A stretch of DNA of 64,000 bases from NCBI GenBank assembly GCA_937967325.1, contig CALBSQ010000053.1:255-64254 (forward strand), read 5' to 3'. Positions 46,946 through 56,699 of this stretch are shown here, one piece after another (position 1 is the stretch's first letter; each line of letters starts with the position of its first letter). The translations under genes and the position numbers were made by a program. The stretch is from an uncultured Chloroflexota bacterium. GTDB taxonomy: Bacteria > Chloroflexota > UBA4733. Under the pieces are notes generated by a model, which made no database searches, was not told where the DNA came from, and worked only from the letters and a program-made list of their open reading frames with translations.

Positions 46946-48382
46946 GTGGCAGGAATCCAGGCGCGGGAGTACGACGCCGTCGTCGTCGGCTCTGGACCAA
47001 ACGGGCTCGCCGCGGCGGTCACGCTGGCGCGCGCCGGGCGCTCCGTCGTCGTGCTGGAGGCCGGGGACACGCCCGGCGGGGGTGCGCGTACCGAGCCTCT
47101 GACGTTGCCCGGCTTCCTGCACGACGTGTGCTCGGCGATCCATCCCCTTGGCGTGTCGTCGCCCTTTTTTCGGCAGCTCCCGCTTGCCGACTTCGGCTTG
47201 CAATGGGTTCAGCCGCCGGCGCCGCTGGCGCACCCGTTCGACGATGGCTCGGCCGTCCTACTAGAGCGTTCGTTGTCCGCCACGGCGCGCCGTCTGGGGC
47301 CCGATGGGAGCAGGTATCGGGCCCTATTCGGTCCGTTGGTCGCCAGGTGGGAGCAGCTCTGTCCGGAGATACTGGGACCCGTGGCGCACGTCCCGCGACA
47401 TCCCTTGCTCCTGGCCCGCTTCGGGCTGCGCGCCCTCTGGCCGGCGACTCTGCTCGCCAAGCGACTGTTCGAGCAAGAGGAGGCCAGGGCGCTCTTCGGC
47501 GGCATCGCGGCGCACGCCACCCTCTCGCTCGACCGATCGCCGAGCGCCGCCTTCGGGCTCATGCTCGGGGCTGCCGGCCACGCGGCCGGCTGGCCGCTGG
47601 CGAGTGGAGGTTCGAGCGCGATCAGCGCCGCCCTCGTCGCCTATCTGCAATCGCTCGGCGGGGAGGTCCGAACGAGGACGCCGGTCCACTCGCTGGATGA
47701 GCTTCCGCCATCACGACTGATCCTGCTGGACGTGACGCCGCGGCAATTCTTGCGCCTCAGTCGCGACCGCTTGCCTCAGCGCTATCGGGCGCAACTGGCG
47801 CGCTATCAATACGGGCTCGGCACCTTCAAAGTGGATTGGGCGTTGGATGGGCCAATCCCCTGGCGAGCGACGGAGTGCGCCCGCGCCGGCACCGTCCACC
47901 TGGGCGGTACGCTGGAAGAAATCGCCGCCGCCCGAAGTACGGAATGGCTGGGCCAGCCGGCGAGGCGCCCGTTCGTCCTCCTGGCGCAGCCGACGTTGTT
48001 CGATCCTTCTCGAGCGCCGGCCGGAAAGCAGGTCGCCTGGGGCTACTGTCACGTTCCGAACGGCAGCTCCGTGGACATGACCGAGCGGATCGAGGCGCAG
48101 ATCGAGCGCTTCGCTCCCGGCTTCCGCGAGCGCATCATCGCGCGCCACAGCATGGGCCCCGCGGCCTTGGAGGCGCACAACGCCAACCTCGTAGGCGGCG
48201 ACATCAATGGCGGCGAAGCGACGCTGCGCCAACTGCTCTTCCGCCCTTCCGTTCAGCCGGTGTCGTATGTCACGCCACTGGTCAACGTCTACCTCTGCTC
48301 CTCCTCCACGCCACCGGGCGGCGCGGTCCATGGTATGTGCGGCTATCACGCCGCCCGCACAGCCCTGCGCTCCAGCGCGTGA
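46946..48382 (+). CDS. NAD(P)/FAD-dependent oxidoreductase, phytoene-desaturase (CrtI)-like
   Basis: YDAVVVGSGPNGLAAAVTLARAGRSVVVLEAGDTPGG dinucleotide-binding motif. About 478 aa. Confidence 0.8.
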   Translation: MAGIQAREYDAVVVGSGPNGLAAAVTLARAGRSVVVLEAGDTPGGGARTEPLTLPGFLHDVCSAIHPLGVSSPFFRQLPLADFGLQWVQPPAPLAHPFDDGSAVLLERSLSATARRLGPDGSRYRALFGPLVARWEQLCPEILGPVAHVPRHPLLLARFGLRALWPATLLAKRLFEQEEARALFGGIAAHATLSLDRSPSAAFGLMLGAAGHAAGWPLASGGSSAISAALVAYLQSLGGEVRTRTPVHSLDELPPSRLILLDVTPRQFLRLSRDRLPQRYRAQLARYQYGLGTFKVDWALDGPIPWRATECARAGTVHLGGTLEEIAAARSTEWLGQPARRPFVLLAQPTLFDPSRAPAGKQVAWGYCHVPNGSSVDMTERIEAQIERFAPGFRERIIARHSMGPAALEAHNANLVGGDINGGEATLRQLLFRPSVQPVSYVTPLVNVYLCSSSTPPGGAVHGMCGYHAARTALRSSA

Positions 48383-48474
48383 GCCGGGGGGCCGGTCGCG
48401 GCGATCAGGCAGAACGACGCGTGACGCAACGCATGCCGGGTATCCCAGCGAGGGCGTCGATCCGCCCATCGTAG

Positions 48475-49038
48475 TCAGGCGCCGGCGATGCTGTTCAGGT
48501 CGCCGCCGCTCGTGACCTGCCGTCGCGCTGCCGCGCGGATCAGGCCATCTTGGGCGCGGACCGCCGCTTGCAGACTCTCATACGGTCCGTGCGACCGGGC
48601 ATGCGCTAATATCCACCTGCCGTCGGCGGCGTATCGCTGATGCTCTTCCCAGATCTGCCAGCCGAACGGCCCAGCCAGCACTTCGAAGCGGAGACGCACA
48701 TCGTTGCCCGCCCGCACGTAACGCAGCCGCGGCGTCGCGGCGGGGTCCCTTGTTGCCTGCCAGACCGGTCCGGGATACTCCGATGCGGCCAGTAACGCCA
48801 TCAGCACGCCGGCGTCGATCCCGGAATGCTCGGCGACGGCTTCGACGTCCGCTTGCCAATGTTGCGGGCGCGGCGCTCGGCACAGGCACAGCCGGAGCGC
48901 CGCTTCAGCGGAACAGCCGAGCACCTTCTGGATGGTGGCGACATCGAAGTCGCCTTTGCCGATCAGGTGGGCGAGAAAGCCCGCACGGTTCATCAGCCGC
49001 GCGGCGGCCAGCGGGACATCCTGCATGCGGGCAGACAC
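48475..49038 (-). CDS. hypothetical protein
   Basis: GC3-rich 187-codon ORF. No family was recognised. Confidence 0.45.
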   Translation of the reverse strand: MSARMQDVPLAAARLMNRAGFLAHLIGKGDFDVATIQKVLGCSAEAALRLCLCRAPRPQHWQADVEAVAEHSGIDAGVLMALLAASEYPGPVWQATRDPAATPRLRYVRAGNDVRLRFEVLAGPFGWQIWEEHQRYAADGRWILAHARSHGPYESLQAAVRAQDGLIRAAARRQVTSGGDLNSIAGA

Positions 49039-49110
49039 TCCAATCTGCCTCTAGTATGACTGATCTCTGATCGTAGCGGAAGTACCGGGCCGGGGTGAGG
49101 CGCGTGGCCC

Positions 49111-49521
49111 TCAACCGTGCCTGGCCGGTACCAGCTCATCGCTATCGAAGAACTCCTTCAGCGCGGCAGCGTTGCTGATGTCGCTCGCCTTGCTGGCGTA
49201 CACGAGCGTTACCGTCCCCAGGCGCGCCCGGTCCGCCAGGTTGGCCAACTCCTCTTCTCGTCCCGGCTCCGACAGCTCCTGGCGGTAGCGTGCGCGGAAT
49301 TCGTCCCACTTCTCCGGATCGTGGTTGTACCAGCGGCGCAACTCGTCCGATGGCGCGAGGTCTTTGCTCCAGGCGTCCAGGTTCGCCCGCTCCTTGCTCA
49401 CGCCGCGCGGCCAGAGCCGCTCCACCAGCACGCGATAGCCGTCGTCGGGGCTTGCCGGCTCGTAGACACGCTTGAGCTTCAGCACGGATGCCTCATTGCT
49501 GCAGTCGCGCGCCGCCCGCAT
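49111..49521 (-). CDS. DUF488 (YeaO-like) protein
   Basis: LKRVYEPASPDDGYRVLVERLWPRGVSKE...DAWSKDLAPSDELRRWYNHDPEKWDEFRARY. The true start is probably a few codons inside the ORF. Confidence 0.85.
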   Translation of the reverse strand: MRAARDCSNEASVLKLKRVYEPASPDDGYRVLVERLWPRGVSKERANLDAWSKDLAPSDELRRWYNHDPEKWDEFRARYRQELSEPGREEELANLADRARLGTVTLVYASKASDISNAAALKEFFDSDELVPARHG

Positions 49522-49542
49522 GGCGCCGTGCGGCTAGCCGGT

Positions 49543-50742
49543 TTACGACCCTGCCGGGAGCCGGCCCTTCAGGTCGGCCGCTCGGAAAGGGCCAGGTTCG
49601 GCGATCAGGCGGCGCGCCGCCTCGACCTGGTCCCAGACGTTCCAGAGCAGCACCCCGCGCACCCGCCCATCGCGAAGGTAGTACACCACGCCCTCGTGGA
49701 AGGGATCCTTCCAATCGGCGACCGTCTCCAGCCTGGCGTCCATCTCGCCGACCGCTTCGTAGCCGAGGTCGAACAGGTCGGAGTAGAAGGAGGGTAGGTA
49801 GTCATAGGGCTGGGCGCGCCCAGCCATGGTGTGCCCAGCCCGCAGCCCCATCGTGTTGGCATTGTCCTCGTGCTCCACCCGCATGCGCTGGCCCAGCGTG
49901 GGGTTGGTGAACGCTGCCACGTCGCCGGCGGCGTAGACGTTTGGATGACTGGTCCGCATGAGCGCATCCACGACCACGCCGTTGTCGACCGCCAGCCCGG
50001 CGGTCTGGGCGAGCTCGACGTTCGGTCGGATGCCCAGACCGGCCACCACGCCATCGACTTCGTGCTCTCGACCGGCCGAGGCGGAGGCGTCGCGCTCCTG
50101 CACCGCCATACGCTCCCCGCGGGTCTCGATGCCGACCACGGAGGCGCCCGCCCGCACGTCCACCCCCTTCTCGCGGTAGTAGTCGTTTAGGAAGCGAGCC
50201 AGATCCTCCGGGAACACCCGCGCGCCGATCCCCGCCTCGGGGAAGAGCATGGTCACCTGCTTGCCGTTCATCGCCAGCGCGGCGGCCACCTCCGAGCCGA
50301 TGAACCCGCCGCCGATCACCGCGAACTGTTGGCGCTGGTCGGCCAGCGCGCGCAGCCGCCGGTACGTCTCTACCGTGCGATAGTAGATTATCCGGTCTCC
50401 GCCAAATGGCAGCGTGCGCGGTGTGCCACCCGTCGCCAATAGACACTGCTCAAAGGCGAAGGCGGTCCCCTGATCGTCGACCGCCTGCTTGTTGACGGGA
50501 TCGAGGGACCGAACTTGGCGGCCGAGATGCCGGGTCACCCCCTCGTCGGTGCTGTGACGCCAGACGCTCTCCAGCGCGTCACCCTTCCACAACCCTTTCG
50601 AGAGGGGCGGGCGATTGTAGGGCGGATCGGGTTCCGCGCCGATCAGCCCGATGGCGCCATCGGGGTCGACCTCCCGGATACCACCGGCCGCCGCGTCCGC
50701 GGACATGCCGCCACCAATGATGAGATAGTGATAGTGTGGCAT
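49543..50742 (-). CDS. FAD-dependent pyridine nucleotide-disulfide oxidoreductase (AIF/ferredoxin-reductase-like)
   Basis: MPHYHYLIIGGGMSADAA (FAD Rossmann) and FAVIGGGFIGSEVAAAL (NAD Rossmann). Start moved to ATG 50742. Confidence 0.85.
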   Translation of the reverse strand: MPHYHYLIIGGGMSADAAAGGIREVDPDGAIGLIGAEPDPPYNRPPLSKGLWKGDALESVWRHSTDEGVTRHLGRQVRSLDPVNKQAVDDQGTAFAFEQCLLATGGTPRTLPFGGDRIIYYRTVETYRRLRALADQRQQFAVIGGGFIGSEVAAALAMNGKQVTMLFPEAGIGARVFPEDLARFLNDYYREKGVDVRAGASVVGIETRGERMAVQERDASASAGREHEVDGVVAGLGIRPNVELAQTAGLAVDNGVVVDALMRTSHPNVYAAGDVAAFTNPTLGQRMRVEHEDNANTMGLRAGHTMAGRAQPYDYLPSFYSDLFDLGYEAVGEMDARLETVADWKDPFHEGVVYYLRDGRVRGVLLWNVWDQVEAARRLIAEPGPFRAADLKGRLPAGS

Positions 50743-50980
50743 CGTGACGTTCCTCTCCCGCCGCCTGAGCCGGGCAGTGGCGCTCAGGCGGCGCCAGCCA
50801 GCCCGGACAAGGCGCGACACACGCACCTACACGCTGAAAGTGTAGTCTACGGCGCGATGTCTCGTGGTGTTGCACACTCCGCTGATGCGTTCCTACGATG
50901 CTCGCACGGGCTGCTGGCCGATGGAGTCGGCTGCCATTGCATGGCATGCTTGTCGCGGTCGATCCGCGACGGTCGAATCG

Positions 50981-51283
50981 TTAGCCGCCCGGCTCCGAGG
51001 ATGCACTATCGGCAAGCCTGGCGCCGCCGGATATGGCCGGCGTGATGTGCAGCTCACTCTCTAGGCCCACTGGCTGGAGCAGGCCCTGCGTCCCCACGAC
51101 GCCGTCGACGGCGACCGCGATGCCGGGCTGCAAGCGGTCACCATCGCAGACCCGCTGGCGGATACCGGGATACTGCCGATCGAGCGCGGCGATCACCTCG
51201 CCCACCGTAGCGCCCGGCGCCGTTACCTGTTTTTGGCCGGACGTGAGTGGTCGCAGCAGCGACGGGATCCAAACGGTTGCCAT
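50981..51283 (-). CDS. MoaD/ThiS-family ubiquitin-like sulfur-carrier protein with C-terminal extension
   Basis: MATVWIPSLLRPLTSGQKQV...ELHITPAISGG, followed by a 13-aa tail ARLADSASSEPGG. Confidence 0.65.
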   Translation of the reverse strand: MATVWIPSLLRPLTSGQKQVTAPGATVGEVIAALDRQYPGIRQRVCDGDRLQPGIAVAVDGVVGTQGLLQPVGLESELHITPAISGGARLADSASSEPGG

Positions 51284-51293
51284 GGCGCCAGCC

Positions 51294-53585
51294 TCAGATC
51301 TTGCCCAGGGCCTCTAGGACCACGGCGGGTGACATTGGCAGTTGGCGGATGCGCGTGCCGGTGGCGTGAGCAATGGCGTTGGCGATGGCGGCCATCGGTG
51401 GCACGATCGGCACCTCGCCGACGCCGCGCACGCCGTAGGGGTGGCCGGGATTGGGGACTTCGACGATGAGAGCCTCGATCATCGGCACGTCCAGCGCGGT
51501 GGGCAGGCGATAGTCCAGCAGGGTTGGGTTGCGCATGCGGCCTTGGGCGTCGTAGTCGTAGGCTTCGTTGAGCGCCCAGCCGATCCCTTGCGCGGCGCCG
51601 CCCTGCATTTGTCCCTCGACGTAGCTCGGGTGGATGGCGGTGCCGGCATCCTGGACCGCCGTATAGCGCAGAATCTCCGTCTTACCGGTATCGGGGTCGA
51701 CCTCCACGTCGACGATGTGGGTGGCAAAGGCGCCGCCGACGCCCTCCGGCTTGGCGGTACCACGCCCGACGACCGGCCCACCCGTATCGTCGAGCTTGTC
51801 GGCGATCTCGCGAAACGTCATCCGCATGCTCGGGTCGCTCGTGTTGCGCAGCGCTCCGCCAACGTAGACCACCTGGTCCGGCAGCACGCCCCAGACCAGC
51901 GCTGCCCGCTCGATGAGCTGGCGGCGGATGTCCAGGCCGGCCAGGTAGGCGGCCCAGCCGGTGGCGAAGGTGACGCGACTGCCGCCGGTTACGTCGGTGT
52001 GGCCGACGGAGTCGGTGTCGCCGACCGAAGGATGGATATCCTCGACCGGTATTCCCAGCGTTTCGGCGAGCTGCATGGCGATCGACGTCCGTGTGCCGCC
52101 GATATCGGTGGAGCCCTCGATCAGGGTGACGGTGCCGTCGGCGTTGACATGGGCGGAGGCGCTGGACTTGAGGCCGACGTTGAACCAGAAGCCCGAAGCC
52201 ACGCCGCGGCCGCGGTACGGGCCGGTCAGCGGCGACTGCCAGTGCTCCGACTGCTCGGCGGTTTCCAGGCACTCCAAGTTGCCGACGCGCGGGAAGGGCT
52301 TGCCGTCGACCTGGCGCGTGCCTTCCTTGGAGGCGTTCAGCCTGCGGAAGGCGATGGGGTCCATGCCGAGCTGTTCGGCCAGCTCGTCGACCAGCGTCTC
52401 CATGGCAAAAGCGGCGGCCGGGGCCCCTGGAGCGCGGTAGGCGAAGACACGCGGTTTGTTGACCACCACGTCATAGCCATCGATGCGTAGGTTCGGCACG
52501 TCGTAGGGGGCCAGGATGCACTCCGTAGCGGCGCCGACGGGCGAGCCGGGGTAGGCGCCGGCCTCGTAGGCCAGGTAGGCCTGCACGGCGGTGAGGCGGC
52601 CATCTGTGGTGGCGCCTACCTTCAGCTTGATGTAGGTCCCGGAGGTAGGCCCGGTACCCTCGAACACCTCCGACCTGGACATCGCCATCTTGACGGGACG
52701 GCCGGACTTCTTGGACAGCAGCGCGGCGACCGGCTCCAGGTAGACGGGGATCTTGCCGCCGAAGCCGCCGCCGATCTCCATCGGCACGACCTTGATCTGG
52801 GACAGCGGCAGGCGCAGCAGCTTGGCCAGCTCCTCGCGAGCGCTGAAGGCGCCCTGGGTGCTGGTCCAGACGGTCAGAAAGCCCTCGGGCGACCAGAGGG
52901 CCGAACCGTTCTGCGGCTCGATGTAGCCCTGATGAACCATGGTCGTGGTGTACTCGCGCTCCAACACAACGTCCGCCTTGGCGAAGCCCTCGTCGACGTC
53001 GCCCTGCTCGTGCTGCTGCCACTCGGCAACATTGCTGGGCCGCTTCGACGGACCGGCCAGCGATTTGGTGTGGCGGGTGTCGTCCAGCAGTGGCGCGTCT
53101 TCCTGCATCGCGGCACGCACATCGAGGACGGGTGGCAGCTCCTCGTACTCCACCTTGATCAGCGCCAGGGCCTCCTCGGCGGTGTGGGGGTCAGTGGCGG
53201 CCACGGCCGCGATGGCGTGACCACGATAGAGTGCCTTGTGCGAGGCCAGGATGTTGTCACGCAAGTCACTGAGCGTGCCGCCGCCCTCACCAAGGTCCAC
53301 GTGCTCATCGCCCACTTCGGGGAGGTCGGCGGTGGTAACGACCGCTTTCACGCCCGGCAGCTTCTCGGCGGCGCTGGTGTCGATGTCCTTGATCACCGCG
53401 TGGGCAAAAGGACTGCGCAGCACCTTGCCATGCAGCATGGCCGGCAGGATGACGTCGGCGCCGTACTTGGCGCGTCCCGTCACCTTATCCACGCCATCGT
53501 GGCGGATTGGCCGGGTGCCGATCACCTGATATTCCGACTGCTTGGGCGATTGCACCCGCGTACGGGGCCGATCCTCGACGACCAT
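51294..53585 (-). CDS. xanthine dehydrogenase/aldehyde oxidase family molybdopterin-binding large subunit
   Basis: 763 aa. IGTRPIRHDGVDKVTGRAKYGAD N-terminus, GGGFGGK, and the tail PYGVRGVGEVPIVPPMAAIANAI. Confidence 0.9.
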   Translation of the reverse strand: MVVEDRPRTRVQSPKQSEYQVIGTRPIRHDGVDKVTGRAKYGADVILPAMLHGKVLRSPFAHAVIKDIDTSAAEKLPGVKAVVTTADLPEVGDEHVDLGEGGGTLSDLRDNILASHKALYRGHAIAAVAATDPHTAEEALALIKVEYEELPPVLDVRAAMQEDAPLLDDTRHTKSLAGPSKRPSNVAEWQQHEQGDVDEGFAKADVVLEREYTTTMVHQGYIEPQNGSALWSPEGFLTVWTSTQGAFSAREELAKLLRLPLSQIKVVPMEIGGGFGGKIPVYLEPVAALLSKKSGRPVKMAMSRSEVFEGTGPTSGTYIKLKVGATTDGRLTAVQAYLAYEAGAYPGSPVGAATECILAPYDVPNLRIDGYDVVVNKPRVFAYRAPGAPAAAFAMETLVDELAEQLGMDPIAFRRLNASKEGTRQVDGKPFPRVGNLECLETAEQSEHWQSPLTGPYRGRGVASGFWFNVGLKSSASAHVNADGTVTLIEGSTDIGGTRTSIAMQLAETLGIPVEDIHPSVGDTDSVGHTDVTGGSRVTFATGWAAYLAGLDIRRQLIERAALVWGVLPDQVVYVGGALRNTSDPSMRMTFREIADKLDDTGGPVVGRGTAKPEGVGGAFATHIVDVEVDPDTGKTEILRYTAVQDAGTAIHPSYVEGQMQGGAAQGIGWALNEAYDYDAQGRMRNPTLLDYRLPTALDVPMIEALIVEVPNPGHPYGVRGVGEVPIVPPMAAIANAIAHATGTRIRQLPMSPAVVLEALGKI

Positions 53586-53707
53586 GGGTTTGCTCCCTCC
53601 ACTGGCGCCAGCTGCTCACCGCCATCCGGTTGCGGCACTCATGGTGGGATGTGTCGGGGCGGGCGTCAAGTGCGGTTAGAGTTGTCGCTGCCGTCACCAT
53701 GCCGTAA

Positions 53708-54415
53708 GGGCGGCTCCCCGTGGCCGCCACGTCGGACGAAGCAACGGCGCTGCGCGCCCGCCTCGGTTTCCACCAGGCCGTGCGCGCCCGCCTGCGCAAG
53801 GTCAGCGTCGATGCCGAGCAGGAGCGCGAGGATCTCGACGTCGCGATCCGGCAGATTGTCTCCGGCGTCGTGTACTCGGAGGAGGTCGTAGACATCTTCG
53901 GCGCGGCGGGACTGCAGACGCCGGACATCTCCATCCTCTCCGATGAGTTCCTTGCCCAGGCGCAGCGACTGCCGCACCGCAACCTGGCGCTGGAGCTGCT
54001 GCGCAAGGTGCTCACCGACGAGATCGCCGTCCGCTCCCGGACCAGCCTGGTGCAGTCGCGCACCTTCTCGGAGATGCTGGCCCAAACGATCCGGCGCTAC
54101 CAGGACCGCTCCATCGAGACTGCACAGGTAATCGTGGAATTGATTGACCTGGCCAAGGAGATGCGCTCCGCGCAACGACGCGGCGAGGCGCTGGGCCTGA
54201 GTGACGACGAGCTCGCCTTCTACGATGCGCTGTCAAGTACCAGCGGCACGGTAATCACGCTCAGCGAGGAGCAGCTCAAGGCGCTGGCCCGCGCCGTTAC
54301 CGACGCTGTGCGCCGTAACGCCTCCATCGACTGGACCATGCGGGAGAGCGCACGCGCGAAGCTGCGTCGGTCGGTGCGCATGGTGCTGCGTCGCCACGGC
54401 TACCCGCCGGCCGCG
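53708..54415 (+). pseudogene. C-terminal fragment of a type I restriction enzyme R subunit (HsdR, DUF3387 region)
   Basis: VYSEEVVDIFGAAGLQTPDISILSDEFLAQAQRLPHRNLALELLRKVL...RYQDRSIETAQVIVELIDLAKEM...LGLSDDELAFYDAL...RESARAKLRRSVRMVLRRHGYPP. No helicase or nuclease part is present. The ORF then runs antisense into the next gene. Confidence 0.7.
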
Positions 54416-54418
54416 CCG

Positions 54419-55552
54419 CTAACAAGGATGCAGAGACGCGCCATACGGGTGCTCGCGCCGCTGGAGTGGCAGCTCCACTCGCCCACCGGCGGCGTGCGCC
54501 GCGGCCACTGCCTGGATCAACTCGAGAGCCGCGCGCGCCGCGTCACCGCTGGTGATGGGCTCACGGCCCTGTTCGACGGCGGTAAGCAGATCGCGGACGA
54601 CACGCTGGTTCGCCCGCAGGGTCAGCTCGCCCGCGCTCAACGGCGCTGCACCCGGCGCCTCTCCGGGTCCGGCGTCGGGCACGTCGACCGGTTCCCAGTG
54701 ATCTCCCGTCGCGCCTGGCGCCGCATAGGGAAACGGGTAACGGCATAGCCGCTTGGTGAAGCCGCCGCTCAGCGAGAGCTGGCCGCGCTCGCCCACGAGG
54801 ATGATCCCATAGGGACCCTCGTCGTTGCCCAGGTTAGCGAAGGTCTCGAAAAGGCCGAGCACGTCATCGGCGAATCCGTAGGTGGCGCGCAAGCCATCGC
54901 CCGCAATGGGTCCGATCTCCTCGTCCCCTGGGCGGAAGTCGGTTGGCTCCGCCTGGCGAGAGCCGACGAGGATCTCCCCGGCTGCCCAGGAAGCATCGCC
55001 TGCGAAGTAGCGCATCAAGTCGAGGACATGTGTGCCCAGCACCATGAGATCCTGCCCGCCGCCGCGATGATCCATCTTGCCGAAGGCGCGGACCAGGCGC
55101 AGGCGGCCGATGGAGCCTTCCTGGGCGAGGCGACCAGCGTGGAGGGTGGCCGGGTGCAGGCGGGTCTGGTGGGCGACTGCCACCTTCACCCCGGCGCGGC
55201 CCGAGGCGTCAAGGATCGTGTCGGCCTCCGCCACTGTCGCCGCCAACGGCTTCTCGATGAGGAGGTGCGCCCCCACCTCCGCCGCCGCTGTCGCCATCGC
55301 CACCCGCTCGCCGACCCAGCGCGGCGCGATCACCGTCAGGTCGGGGCGCTCCCGCGTCAGCATCTCCCGGTAATCGGCATAGACACCGTGGGCGCCAGTG
55401 CGAGTTTGCGCCGCCTGGCGGCCGGCCTCGTCGGGATCGGCCACGGCCACGATCTCGACCCCGGGAAGTCCAACGAGGGCAACATCCAATCCATGGCCAT
55501 AGTTTCCGCGGCCGGTGTGGCCAATGATCGCCGCTCGGTATCGGCCTGCCAT
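54419..55552 (-). CDS. Gfo/Idh/MocA family oxidoreductase
   Basis: YRAAIIGHTGRGNYGHG N-terminal Rossmann motif and EKPLA motif. Confidence 0.85.
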   Translation of the reverse strand: MAGRYRAAIIGHTGRGNYGHGLDVALVGLPGVEIVAVADPDEAGRQAAQTRTGAHGVYADYREMLTRERPDLTVIAPRWVGERVAMATAAAEVGAHLLIEKPLAATVAEADTILDASGRAGVKVAVAHQTRLHPATLHAGRLAQEGSIGRLRLVRAFGKMDHRGGGQDLMVLGTHVLDLMRYFAGDASWAAGEILVGSRQAEPTDFRPGDEEIGPIAGDGLRATYGFADDVLGLFETFANLGNDEGPYGIILVGERGQLSLSGGFTKRLCRYPFPYAAPGATGDHWEPVDVPDAGPGEAPGAAPLSAGELTLRANQRVVRDLLTAVEQGREPITSGDAARAALELIQAVAAAHAAGGRVELPLQRREHPYGASLHPC

Positions 55553-56625
55553 CAGTAGTCCTCCACGGGGAAACGCACCGGCGCCCCACCCGCCGCGCTG
55601 GATTGCAAGATGCCCAGCAGGATCGACAGCGTCCGGCGGCCGTCTTCACCGGTGGAGGAGCCGGTGCCGCCGCGCTCGATCAGGCCGATCAGCTCGTCGA
55701 TGGCGGCGGACATGTCGCTCTGCGTGGTGTGCGGTGAGGCAAGGCGGTAGGTGGCGGACTGACCACTATCCAGCGTGCGCCAGACCTCGCCGGCGTTGGC
55801 GCCGACGCGGATGCGGCCACGCTCGCCCACCAGATCCAGCTCGAAGTTGCCCATGGTTCGCTTGGAGGCGTTGATGAAGGCGCGCACGCCATTCTCGAAG
55901 TGGAGGTAGGCGCTGCCGCCGGGATCGGTCGCTGGGTCGCGGCCGCCGTCGCCGGCATAGCGCGGACCGTAGGCGCGGTGCTCGTCGTCCAGCTCGCCTG
56001 TGACCCAGGCGAGATCGGACTCCGCAAAGAAGCAGACCGTGTCCACCAGGTGCGTGCCATTCCGGAACAGCATGGCACGAGGTCCGCCCAGCGTGGCGAC
56101 GACCGTGCGCAGGGGGCCGATCTCGCCGGCTCGTACCAGCCGGCGCGCCTCCAGGAAGTCGGGGTACCAGCGCCGCGTGTGGTCGATCAGCAGCGGCACG
56201 CCGCGCTCGCGACAAGCGGCGAGCATGCGGTCGGCATCCGCCAGCGTCGTGGCGATCGGCTTCTCGCAGAAGATGCCCTTGACGCCCGACGCGACGGCGT
56301 CCACCACGATCTGCGCGTGCCGGTGATCGGACGTGACGACGCTGAGCAGGTCGATTCGCTCCTGAGCCAGCATCTCATGAACATCGGTGTAGCCCCGCGC
56401 CTCGGGGAACGCGGCCTTCCAGGAGTCCTGGAATTTGTCCAACAGCGCCGGCAGCAGGTCGCACACGGCGACGACGCTGGTCCGCGGATCCCTCGCGTAA
56501 GCGTGGGCGTGTGAGTGGGGCATACTGCTGCCCAGCACCGCGTCGGGCGCGCGCCCGGGCGCGGATGCGCCAATGCCGGTGAGGCCGACAATGGCTGCAT
56601 GGTAGGTTTGAGTTTGGTCAGGCAT
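55552..56625 (-). CDS. Gfo/Idh/MocA family oxidoreductase
   Basis: YHAAIVGLTGIGAS and CEKPIATTLADADRM. Its stop overlaps the start of the downstream paralogue. Confidence 0.85.
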   Translation of the reverse strand: MPDQTQTYHAAIVGLTGIGASAPGRAPDAVLGSSMPHSHAHAYARDPRTSVVAVCDLLPALLDKFQDSWKAAFPEARGYTDVHEMLAQERIDLLSVVTSDHRHAQIVVDAVASGVKGIFCEKPIATTLADADRMLAACRERGVPLLIDHTRRWYPDFLEARRLVRAGEIGPLRTVVATLGGPRAMLFRNGTHLVDTVCFFAESDLAWVTGELDDEHRAYGPRYAGDGGRDPATDPGGSAYLHFENGVRAFINASKRTMGNFELDLVGERGRIRVGANAGEVWRTLDSGQSATYRLASPHTTQSDMSAAIDELIGLIERGGTGSSTGEDGRRTLSILLGILQSSAAGGAPVRFPVEDY

Positions 56626-56699
56626 TGTTCCTCCTTATCCTGCCCGACTGTACGGACGCCGGCATCCGCCGTCAATGCCAAGGTCGCTTTGAGCGCCGC

